A DNA stretch of 28,184 nt, taken from IMG/VR virus record IMGVR_UViG_3300012211_000009. One strand, 5' to 3'. The DNA comes from a virus. The position numbers were made by a program, and so were the translations under genes. The notes below the pieces were generated by a model, which saw only the letters and a list, made by a program, of their open reading frames with translations, did no database searches and had not been told where the DNA came from. This document shows positions 16,770 to 24,998 of the stretch, one piece after another. Position 1 is the first letter of the stretch. Every line of letters begins with the position of its first letter.

Positions 16770-19294
16770 TAAATCTCCAAGATATATGATACAGCCATAA
16801 TCGTCATAGGAAGCGGTAACGATTGCTGTATGCTTAAATCAAACTCAAATCCATTCCATCCTTCCATCAAAGGTACCTCAAATACACCTGTTTGGGGAAT
16901 TGGAACCTGACCAAAGATAATATTTTGTATCTCAAGCTCAGGAACCGTTATACCCTGACAAGTAATGCCAAGCGTGTTATATACGTGTAAGTATAGATTA
17001 CGTATATGCTTGGGCTTATAAAGCAACCCAAATGTCTGCGGAACCGTTACAGGCAAAGGCGTGAGTGTAGATACAAATTGTATCCCAACAGTTGCTGTAG
17101 TTACATTTCTCTCTAATGTAAGCTGCCCACCCACCACAACTTGATTCTGCAATATAAAGTCATCACCAATTATCCAGACATATTGACCATTCAGATGAGC
17201 TAGCCCTGTTAAAGTATTGGTTGGTGCAGAAAATGTAAACTTAGTGGCTGAATCCAACGGAACGGTAAAGTCTAATTCTTCAATAAATAGTTGTGGTTGT
17301 ATCAACCATCTGACCACATTTGAATTAACGCCAGCATTCACAATGGCTATTCGATTAACATCATTTGTAGCGTCAGATTGGGTTAAATATACTCTAAAGT
17401 TATTGGCATCCGTTGCAACCGCCCAGAAATAAGCCGTTGTGGTTATCTGAGGAACAGTGGTTGGCAGTACACCTGTCGTGGTAAAGGTAACCATCGTGGG
17501 TGTTCCCACAACCATTAAATGAGCAACCGATTGCAAGGTGGCATTCGCTGCATTAAACCCAGAGATGGCTGTTGGCGCTTGATTAACGGGCATTTGTCTT
17601 TGTACCGTAAACCAGCACCTATTGTTGCCTGTTTGGACTCTGTAGATTAATCCATCTGTTTGATTGAAAGTAACGCCATTCCATTGTTGCTGAACGGTAT
17701 TGGAAAGTGTTATAGCGGATACTTCTTGCTCTAATAGGGTCTGTAAGATTGCTAAAGTTCCATCACGATTCACAAATAGGGCGTAGAATCCATCGGTAAA
17801 GTCTGGAACAGCAAGTGCTGCCATATCGACAGGGTGGTCTATTAAGATGCTTGAAGGTACACTCTTGTTATTGGTTACATAGCTACTTTGAGTGATTTCC
17901 CATAACATAACGATAACATTATTGCCTGATATGTCTGTAAAAAGTATTTGATTATCTATATAAACGGGCTGAATAATGGATGATCCGAACTTATTTTGCT
18001 CAGTTAGAGTAAAGTTTTTAGGAGTTAATGGTATTTCATTGGTAACAGGTGTGGAAAAGGTTCCTGTATTGGTGTGGAATATTAGAGAGCGACAGGAGGT
18101 TATAGATCTAATAAAGCTGATGCTACCTGCTGCAGGATACCAAGATATAGCATTATCATCGAATTGTTCCGAGTCGTCGAAGTTATAAACATCATTAACA
18201 ACAGATAACCATATTCCATTAGGAAGCGAAGCATTTCCGGCAAATACAAGCCTATTCTGGAACATACTAACAGTTCTAGGCCACCCTCTATTATTAGACC
18301 AAGCAGGCTCTCCAAGGAAAGATAAGTCTCCTCTAATGGGGTTCAGATTCGGAAAATCAGCTATCGTAAAGCCCGTCATCTGAACGTTGCTGGTAAATCC
18401 CGTCAAGCGCATTATTCCGCCATGACCAGAATATAAACCTCCTACCATAGCAGGCGTAAAGATGGCACCGCTTGCCGTTAAAGTTATATTTCCACTAACA
18501 GCACTGGGCGTAAAAGTAAATCCAGCAGCAAAATACCCACCATCATAATCATAGGCAGGCTGGAACTTAAATGCGATATTAGTAATTGCCCAAGTATTCT
18601 GAACAATCACATTACTAACACCAACTCCTGCACCCGTTACCAAATAGAAATTAACATCCGCTAATGCATCGGCTGATGTAGAATATACGCGTATAGAATT
18701 AGCTGTAATCGGTCTAATAAAATAAGTTCTATTCACATAAATCTGAGGATTTGTTACGGGCAAATTACCAGCGGTTGTAAAGGTTGCTGGATATACTGTA
18801 CCTACCGTTAGTGCATTTGTGATATTAATTCTATTATTAACTAAGTCTACACCTGTAATAATATTGGCTGCATTTGCACTTCGAACAAGTTGTTGCGGAT
18901 TAAAGTTTGAGCTAACAATAATGACTCTATTTTCTACTTGAGCAAACCTTAATAATGGTATGTCTTCTTGATTATATTGTGTGACAACGGTTGCGAGCTT
19001 AATGTTCTCTAAATAAATATCAATACTGGTTGCTGTCCAGGACAAAAGATAAACGGAATTATCGTCGTATAAAAGCGTGGATAATTCGCTAAAGGCCGGA
19101 TTGGCAGGATTTCCTGTAACTGTATCAACATAGTTAAGCCCAAACCTTCGTTGAACTCCTCCTTGAGGAATGACCAAACAGTTTCGGATTTGTTTAGCAG
19201 ATTTATAATATTGCTGCCAATCGGCTCGAGCTTGAGTTCTTGGATCGAGCTCTCCTTGAGAGAAACACATTTGGTCATAATATGCTTCAGGCAT
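16769..19294 (-). CDS. Tail tubular protein B (nozzle, T7 gp12-like), 841 aa, with two inserted paralogous domains
   Basis: FSQGELDP ... RNCLVIPQGGVQRRFG N-terminus, GWPRTVSMFQNRLVFAG, and C-terminal QSLPLPMTIMAV. Confidence 0.85.
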   Translation of the reverse strand: MPEAYYDQMCFSQGELDPRTQARADWQQYYKSAKQIRNCLVIPQGGVQRRFGLNYVDTVTGNPANPAFSELSTLLYDDNSVYLLSWTATSIDIYLENIKLATVVTQYNQEDIPLLRFAQVENRVIIVSSNFNPQQLVRSANAANIITGVDLVNNRINITNALTVGTVYPATFTTAGNLPVTNPQIYVNRTYFIRPITANSIRVYSTSADALADVNFYLVTGAGVGVSNVIVQNTWAITNIAFKFQPAYDYDGGYFAAGFTFTPSAVSGNITLTASGAIFTPAMVGGLYSGHGGIMRLTGFTSNVQMTGFTIADFPNLNPIRGDLSFLGEPAWSNNRGWPRTVSMFQNRLVFAGNASLPNGIWLSVVNDVYNFDDSEQFDDNAISWYPAAGSISFIRSITSCRSLIFHTNTGTFSTPVTNEIPLTPKNFTLTEQNKFGSSIIQPVYIDNQILFTDISGNNVIVMLWEITQSSYVTNNKSVPSSILIDHPVDMAALAVPDFTDGFYALFVNRDGTLAILQTLLEQEVSAITLSNTVQQQWNGVTFNQTDGLIYRVQTGNNRCWFTVQRQMPVNQAPTAISGFNAANATLQSVAHLMVVGTPTMVTFTTTGVLPTTVPQITTTAYFWAVATDANNFRVYLTQSDATNDVNRIAIVNAGVNSNVVRWLIQPQLFIEELDFTVPLDSATKFTFSAPTNTLTGLAHLNGQYVWIIGDDFILQNQVVVGGQLTLERNVTTATVGIQFVSTLTPLPVTVPQTFGLLYKPKHIRNLYLHVYNTLGITCQGITVPELEIQNIIFGQVPIPQTGVFEVPLMEGWNGFEFDLSIQQSLPLPMTIMAVSYILEI

Positions 19295-19890
19295 TAACCG
19301 CTCGCAAACGTGCTGATATAGCGACGTGATAGGATTGGTTGAGATTGTAATGGCGTTTGCGGTCTATTCTGTGCATCTGCAGCCAAGGCTATACCTAATT
19401 GCCCCATTCTCTTAGGCTCTAGTATTTGATAATATCCAATGTTTTGCGCGCTTGATAAAGATAAATAACACGCCAATTCATAGATAAAATAAAGAGTAAA
19501 GTAGGATGGTAGAGTCTGAACCAATGGTGCAAAGATGTACTCAATAAATAATGGGCTGAACTGATTATTAAAGTTTGAATACATAAGATGGTTCTCATAC
19601 ATCTCATAATCATAATTATGAGGCCACAAATGTACCAACTTTAAATAATCTGGAGGTAATTGATAAGCAAAGGTCCAATATCCACCAATTGGCGCTGGTA
19701 ATACTTGCGATAACATTTGAATGCGTGTCGCAAACCGCCAAAATCCAGTTGATAGGACGCTAGGGAGAAGCATGTCAAATGCTTGATCTGCAGCCGTCAC
19801 AATATCGCTCTGATTCAAAAGATTCTGAATCGGCTTCTTGCCCATGAGCGTTAACGACTGAGAGATTATTTGAACCTTCGTTAAAGGCAT
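19294..19890 (-). CDS. Tail tubular protein A (adaptor, T7 gp11-like), 198 aa
   Basis: TKVQIISQSLTLMG ... WRFATR ... YQLPPDYLKL pattern; directly precedes tube B. Confidence 0.85.
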   Translation of the reverse strand: MPLTKVQIISQSLTLMGKKPIQNLLNQSDIVTAADQAFDMLLPSVLSTGFWRFATRIQMLSQVLPAPIGGYWTFAYQLPPDYLKLVHLWPHNYDYEMYENHLMYSNFNNQFSPLFIEYIFAPLVQTLPSYFTLYFIYELACYLSLSSAQNIGYYQILEPKRMGQLGIALAADAQNRPQTPLQSQPILSRRYISTFASG

Positions 19891-19917
19891 ATCCTCTCCT
19901 TGCGCCCTAAGTCATGA

Positions 19918-20610
19918 CTATGCTGTTGCTACAATTCTGGCTCTTGTAGAAACAAGAAGAGTTGCATTCGTTCCAGCTGTGAAAGCCGCAGTATCATTTG
20001 ACAAAAATAACCCCTGGTTTGCCATTAACGCAACAGCAACAGGCGCTATGGTTACCGGAACCAAAGTAAATGTGCTTGAAGCTGTTAAACCGTCAAAGGT
20101 TGCTCCAGCAAGTGTAGCTGTAGCAAGAGTACCACCACCATGAACAGTATTAGAATACTGAACAGCGATTGCGCCACCGCCAGCAAATTGAACACCAGCA
20201 TAAACCAAAGAGAATCCTACTTGGTCTATAACGTACATCTTATTAGCGCCCGGTGCTGGCAAAAGCTGGAAAGGAGCGCCATACATTGCATCTACTTGTA
20301 CGGCAGTCATTGTCAAGGTATTTTGAACTGCACCACCAACGGCTGTAAGTGTAATAACGCCCGCTGTGTTGGTTACTCTATAAACCACAGCAAACGCATC
20401 AGCTGTAGAATACACATTAATATAATCACCCGTGGTTAAGTCAAAAGCAACCGTATTAAAATAACCAGAAACCCCAACAACGGCTTGTGTGTCAGCGGTT
20501 ACATAATTGTATTGTCTAAAACAACCAGCTAAAGCACCACTTGCAAGTGTTTCGAAAGGTTCATTTGCTGAAGTAGAAGCTCTACACCAGGTTTGAATTG
20601 TAAATGCCAT
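19918..20610 (-). CDS. Virion structural protein: putative head-decoration domain plus C-terminal beta domain, 230 aa
   Basis: N-terminus MAF...SGYFN...LTTGDYINV; Ala/Thr/Val-rich with few charges. Confidence 0.6.
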   Translation of the reverse strand: MAFTIQTWCRASTSANEPFETLASGALAGCFRQYNYVTADTQAVVGVSGYFNTVAFDLTTGDYINVYSTADAFAVVYRVTNTAGVITLTAVGGAVQNTLTMTAVQVDAMYGAPFQLLPAPGANKMYVIDQVGFSLVYAGVQFAGGGAIAVQYSNTVHGGGTLATATLAGATFDGLTASSTFTLVPVTIAPVAVALMANQGLFLSNDTAAFTAGTNATLLVSTRARIVATA

Positions 20611-20643
20611 TTAAATTTCTCCTTTAAATTACGCGCGTAAAAT

Positions 20644-21549
20644 CTAAGTAAATTCCCAAACAATGATTAATCCTGAACCACCATTACCGCCAGCAACGTT
20701 AACAGCATTTCCAGTTTCGGAACCACCGCTTCCTCCGCCACCCGAATTAGCGGTAGCATTAGTTCCGGCTCCGTTGCCAATAACTTGATTAGCGCCTCCA
20801 CCATATACTGAATTGCCGCCGGCACCACCTATGGTATAAGAAGGGCCCGATAACCCAACTGCCATTACGCCGGGGCCACCTGAAAAATTTATATCTCCAC
20901 CTGAAGAGGTGCCTCCAGTACCTCCGGCAGCAAGCGCTCCAGTTGTGGTTCCAGCATTGTTATTGCCACCACCACCACCACCTGCCGACATAGTTCCACC
21001 GCTAAAGGTGGTTGCAGTTCCAGCGCTGCCAGGATTGCTACCTGCAGCTCCGCCTGCTCCAGCAGCACCAACAGTATAAGTATAACTAGCTGCAGCACTG
21101 GTTATCCATCTTCGGCAATACCCACCGGCGCCACCACCACCACCGCCAGTAAAAGTAGTTGCGCCTCCGGCAACTCCAGCACCGCCGCCGCCACCACCCA
21201 CGCACTCAACAAGCAAGTTGGTTACTCCAGCTGGAGTGGTATATGTAGCTCCCGTCCCTGTTGTTAACACTTGAAAACTTTTCAAAAACCCAGTGGTTGC
21301 TGTAGTGGCTAAAGTTCCTGAGGTAGGTAAAGTAACGTTTGTTATGCCTGTGGTTGTCAAGGTAAGCGCATTTGCGGGAGTAGTAGTCAAATTTGCCCCG
21401 AGAGTAATAGTACTTCCAGTATTTGCGACACCTGTCCCTCCCAACGCACCCGTAACTACCGTAAACCCAGCCGCTAATGAGCCAACGGTTAAAGCTCCCA
21501 CTGTAGTTTGCGTAGTGCTTCCGATATCATTTGCGCTATTTGTAGTCAT
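20644..21549 (-). CDS. Glycine-rich virion structural / fibre protein, 301 aa
   Basis: TYTTPAGVTNLLVECVGGGGGG ... GGGGGAGGY ... GGNGGSGLIIVWEF, the glycine-rich domain common in phage structural proteins. Confidence 0.75.
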   Translation of the reverse strand: MTTNSANDIGSTTQTTVGALTVGSLAAGFTVVTGALGGTGVANTGSTITLGANLTTTPANALTLTTTGITNVTLPTSGTLATTATTGFLKSFQVLTTGTGATYTTPAGVTNLLVECVGGGGGGAGVAGGATTFTGGGGGGAGGYCRRWITSAAASYTYTVGAAGAGGAAGSNPGSAGTATTFSGGTMSAGGGGGGNNNAGTTTGALAAGGTGGTSSGGDINFSGGPGVMAVGLSGPSYTIGGAGGNSVYGGGANQVIGNGAGTNATANSGGGGSGGSETGNAVNVAGGNGGSGLIIVWEFT

Positions 21550-21558
21550 TATTTACTC

Positions 21559-22083
21559 CTAAGTCTTTGAGCTCTCAGTCCACACCACATAAGCAATAAC
21601 GCTCAACCCACCCGGTAAAGCGGCTCCTTTAAAATTCCAAGCCAATACTTCAGATGCGCTTAAAAGAGCGATAGGTTGTCCATATGCGGTTACAAAGTCT
21701 ACCTCTATCCCTATTAAACCAGCGCTCACTGTCGTTATAACAGGAGAGCTTACCCATCCTCCCCACGCATAACCCACTAAAACGCCTGCTCCTGTTGGGT
21801 TTACCGTATATTGTAAAACTGAAGCTGTAGCGACTGGATTATTGGAATCGTAAGTTACAATCCCAGGAGCAGCTGATGTTCCTCCGGTATTAGCGCTTGA
21901 ACGCTTTGCGATGAAGAAAGCATTCACACCATCTGCACCTTGGGTAGTACTGATTCCCATTTTCTGCACATACACATTTGAAGTTGCAGAACCTGTGATA
22001 CTAAATATATCGACAGGAGTAGCGCCTGGTGTGAACGCAGTTGAAACTGCAGAATAAGTAAACTGTTGCTGTTGTATATTCAT
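21559..22083 (-). CDS. Virion structural protein (beta-rich), 174 aa
   Basis: TAATG overlap at 22081-22085 favours the start MNIQQQQF; Thr/Ala/Ser/Gly-rich; inside the structural block. Confidence 0.6.
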   Translation of the reverse strand: MNIQQQQFTYSAVSTAFTPGATPVDIFSITGSATSNVYVQKMGISTTQGADGVNAFFIAKRSSANTGGTSAAPGIVTYDSNNPVATASVLQYTVNPTGAGVLVGYAWGGWVSSPVITTVSAGLIGIEVDFVTAYGQPIALLSASEVLAWNFKGAALPGGLSVIAYVVWTESSKT

Positions 22084-23558
22084 TAAGCCACCGTTATTAC
22101 GCCAGAACTCGATAGTACTGTAAATGTTGTATTTGCAACCGTGCAAACAAGTTTAATAGTATTGTATCGATTCGTTGAAGCTAAAGAACCTGCCACCGTA
22201 GTTGGCGTTCCATTAAGATTAGCAGTTTGTCCTGCATTCATGCGAACCAACCAACCTCCAGCACCCTGTCCTGCAACTTCAAATAAATCACCAAAAGCAG
22301 CGGTCGCTGGCATATTTAATGTTGTAAGGCCGGCATTATTGGCACTATAGGAAGTATTAGCAGCGAGTGTAACGGGAGTTGATGTTTGATCAATCCATGT
22401 ACCAACTGCATTATTTACCCAAGATTGAACACCAGCTGTCGTAGAGCTTAAGACTTGCCCGTTAGCCGTAGGTAATGCCAATGGAGTCGTATATGTCTGA
22501 CTTGATACGACAGCGGCAGATTGCCATGCTGTATAAAAAGTGCCAGCACCATTCCAAAGCTTTATCGAACCTGCAGCTCCAGTAGTTGAAGGAAGCACCG
22601 CAAAACCGCCAGTCGCACCTTTTCCAACTATCGCGACATCAATAACAGCATCGGTACCTTTAGCTTGTAAAGAAGGTTGTAAGGCAGCATTTGCAGCATT
22701 CGTTGCGCTACTAATGACCGATAGATAGTCAACAGCAACAGCAGGCGATGTATCTACTTGAAATCCACGAAGGGCACCAGCTGAGAAGTCTAAAACTCCG
22801 CCAGCAGATGACCACATTCCTGTACCAAGTGTTCCGGTAAAGCTATAAGAGGGTGTAGCGGCAGCGCCTACATTATTAATAACTGCGCCCGTAGACTTTG
22901 GAACTAACCTTATTCCGATTACAGGATCTGTTCCAGCGGCTGTAATAGTCGGACCATTACCAGTTGCCGAAGCGGCTATTGCTAAATAGTTAACCGATAA
23001 AGCCGGAGAGGCTGAAACCTGAAGGCCTCTAAAAGCATTAGTTGAGAAATCTAAAGTATTAGCTCCAGATCTCCACATACCAACATCGGTATCGTTTGTA
23101 AATGTGTAACTTGGTAAAGCAATCGTTCCGTCAGCATTAGCAATAGAATTAACAAGTGTTAAATCACCCGTATCGCTTTCAAGAATCACACCATTCTGAA
23201 TGAGCTTTCCAGTTGCTCCATCAAATCTTACCAATGCATTATCAGTCGCTGCGGCAGGACCTGTCACATCTCCAAGTCCAACATTCTGTCCAATGGTGAC
23301 TGTCGCTGCATTCTTATCAACCGTTAATACTTCCCACCACTCAGATAAATCTGAAGCTGAAATCCATATTAAATCATTAACTGATAACCTATCTGAGACA
23401 GGCGCAAAGTAATTAGCTGCCGAAATAGTGGCAGCTGTTTCTGTAGCAGATTGATATGAATAAATGGCAGGGGCACCTATTACGGTGCCATCCTGTAATG
23501 TTATCTGGTTATTACCTGAAGATGTCAGGTTACTCCAGTTCGATGCATTAAAAGGCAT
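22083..23558 (-). CDS. Putative head fibre: N-terminal decoration-like domain plus a shaft with a tandem 87-aa repeat, 491 aa
   Basis: Immediately after the capsid gene; N-terminal AANYF...LSVNDLIW; GDVTGPAAATDNALVRFDGATGKLIQN fibre-type motif; duplicated PSY.FT....GMW.S....LDFS unit. Confidence 0.65.
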   Translation of the reverse strand: MPFNASNWSNLTSSGNNQITLQDGTVIGAPAIYSYQSATETAATISAANYFAPVSDRLSVNDLIWISASDLSEWWEVLTVDKNAATVTIGQNVGLGDVTGPAAATDNALVRFDGATGKLIQNGVILESDTGDLTLVNSIANADGTIALPSYTFTNDTDVGMWRSGANTLDFSTNAFRGLQVSASPALSVNYLAIAASATGNGPTITAAGTDPVIGIRLVPKSTGAVINNVGAAATPSYSFTGTLGTGMWSSAGGVLDFSAGALRGFQVDTSPAVAVDYLSVISSATNAANAALQPSLQAKGTDAVIDVAIVGKGATGGFAVLPSTTGAAGSIKLWNGAGTFYTAWQSAAVVSSQTYTTPLALPTANGQVLSSTTAGVQSWVNNAVGTWIDQTSTPVTLAANTSYSANNAGLTTLNMPATAAFGDLFEVAGQGAGGWLVRMNAGQTANLNGTPTTVAGSLASTNRYNTIKLVCTVANTTFTVLSSSGVITVA

Positions 23559-23578
23559 GCCAAATCCTCCGTTTTAAA

Positions 23579-24683
23579 TTAAGGATTTACGGATTCATCA
23601 GCTTGTACAAGGATAATACCTCGTGGATCCACAGCAACCGCACCTGCAAAGAATAATCCATTAACAAACCAGGAGGTTTCTCTTGGTAAATAGTTAATTT
23701 CAGTTCTCATATCTTGCCCAATACCCATACCCATAGACATATAATGCCAAGCAAAACAGTTACGGATATTAGCGAGGATTGGAAGACCGCCTTCAGTCAT
23801 ATCTGGAATGATACGAACATTGACGCTTAATAGGTCTTTATACTGCAATGTTCCATCTACAACGGTATCATTGCTGGTATAGAAACGATTAGTGATGTGA
23901 TCATCTGCCAATAAAGCTCTTAAGTTATTACCAGACATTGCCATGAAACGTTCTGATAAAGGCACAGCATTTTGTTCAAATACTTGCACCACGTTTCTGA
24001 GCTTGGCGTAAGTCATATTGGTACCAGCTGGAAGAATGGTCGTACCACCAGCAGCTACAGCACCCAAGCCCAGAGCATCAATAATGATTTGGTCACTTCG
24101 ACGACCGATCGCCATGGCTACAACCATAGCTAACTCCCTCTTGGAGTCAAAGTTAACAGTTAAATCTTGGATTTCATCGACCGCAGTACCAGCAGCGTAC
24201 TTAAGTAACGTAGCAGTAAGAGCTACGAAACCTGGATCTTGAATTGCGATAGTATTTGAATAAGCAACTTGGTTAGCAATAACCTGCCCTACTCGTCTGA
24301 ATTGGACACTAGCGCCGATAACATCAGTACGAATACGAATAGTATCTCGTAATATGAATCCTCTTGAACGATATTCTGCCTTGCAATATGTTCAAATAAG
24401 TTCGCTACTCTTATCCCGTCTTTCGACAGCTTGTAGTTACCTACAAGTTCAGACTATATCTTAATCCCTGTGGGATCCTGTGCGCTTCCACTCGCTTGAG
24501 TGTACGGCTTTCGCCTAGTCGTTGAACCTTCCCTTTCGGGCTTGGCTGCTGATTGTCCTTCATTTTTGAGTGGGATGTCCCAGCAATTCACACAGTTTTC
24601 TAATATCAATTACTTGATATAGTGGCCTAGTTAACCAATGCATCGAATTCTGTTTGTTGAACATTAGTGAGTGATAAAGCCAT
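23579..24683 (-). CDS. Major capsid protein, 284 aa after splicing (exon 1 = 24634-24683, exon 2 = 23579-24383)
   Basis: AGGAG RBS before ATG 24683. Exon 1 MALSLTNVQQTEFDAL-GT joins C-AAG to give VKAEYRSRGFILRDTIRIRTDVIGASVQFRRVG..., in frame with the track's 182-aa ORF (50 + 805 = 855 nt). Located between the scaffold and the structural block. Confidence 0.9.
24384..24633 (-). ncRNA. Group I self-splicing intron (IA-like, ORF-less, 250 nt)
   Basis: 5' exon ends in U and the intron ends in G. P GAAUUGCUGGG, Q AAUCAGCAG, R GUUCAACGACUA, S AAGAUAUAGUC. P3 CUGUGUG/CGCACAG, P7 GACUA/UAGUC, plus GNRA-capped P2, P6, P7.1, P9 and P9.1 hairpins. Removal restores the capsid frame exactly. Confidence 0.93.
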
Positions 24684-24741
24684 GTCGGGCCTCCTGAAAA
24701 CATAAAAACTAATCCGTTAATTTCAATGTTCTTGCCTTTCC

Positions 24742-24789
24742 GGGCCAGGAGACTCGGGTAGCCGTTAGGGGCCGAGGCTAGTGGGTAGC
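24742..24789 (-). repeat. Tandem GC-rich motif GCTACCC-N9-GGCCC (two copies, 27-nt period) in the capsid 5' leader
   Basis: Plus strand: GGGCC (24742-46) N9 GGGTAGC (24756-62) and GGGCC (24769-73) N9 GGGTAGC (24783-89). Confidence 0.7.
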
Positions 24790-24811
24790 AGTAAGTCTTG
24801 AACTTGCTATC

Positions 24812-24840
24812 AGATTAGCAGCGCTTGTGACTTAACGCAA
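24812..24840 (-). promoter_or_regulatory. Putative sigma70-type promoter for the capsid gene
   Basis: TTGCGT (24840-24835)-N17-TAATCT (24817-24812) on the minus strand within the intergenic gap. Confidence 0.4.
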
Positions 24841-24855
24841 GTTCCATGTGGAACA
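24840..24855. promoter_or_regulatory. parS-like palindrome AGTTCCATGTGGAACA
   Basis: 14/16 match to the chromosomal parS consensus TGTTCCACGTGGAACA; intergenic. Confidence 0.6.
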
Positions 24856-24998
24856 TTAAGGCCATATGATTTGTGCAATCTTATAAGAAACATATATCCA
24901 GCCTAAAAATGTATCCAAGCATATATTAAAAAATCCATTATCTAAGTGCCACGAAAGCCCTAGAGCAAAAAGAGATCCTGTGCTGGATGCGGCCAACA

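Noticed and set aside
20644-21549. CCACCACCA / GGN runs as a DNA tandem repeat or collagen-like domain
   Set aside because: They are poly-Gly codons of a glycine-rich domain, not G-X-Y triplets, and not an independent repeat array.
23579-24127. 182-aa ORF as the complete capsid protein, or capsid as a pseudogene
   Set aside because: The frame extends 85 codons further upstream to 24383 and joins exon 1 precisely once the group I intron is removed.
24421-24545. Hairpins as rho-independent terminators, a tRNA or a CRISPR array
   Set aside because: They lack U-tails, cloverleaf geometry and repeat-spacer periodicity, and are fully explained as intron helices P6-P9.
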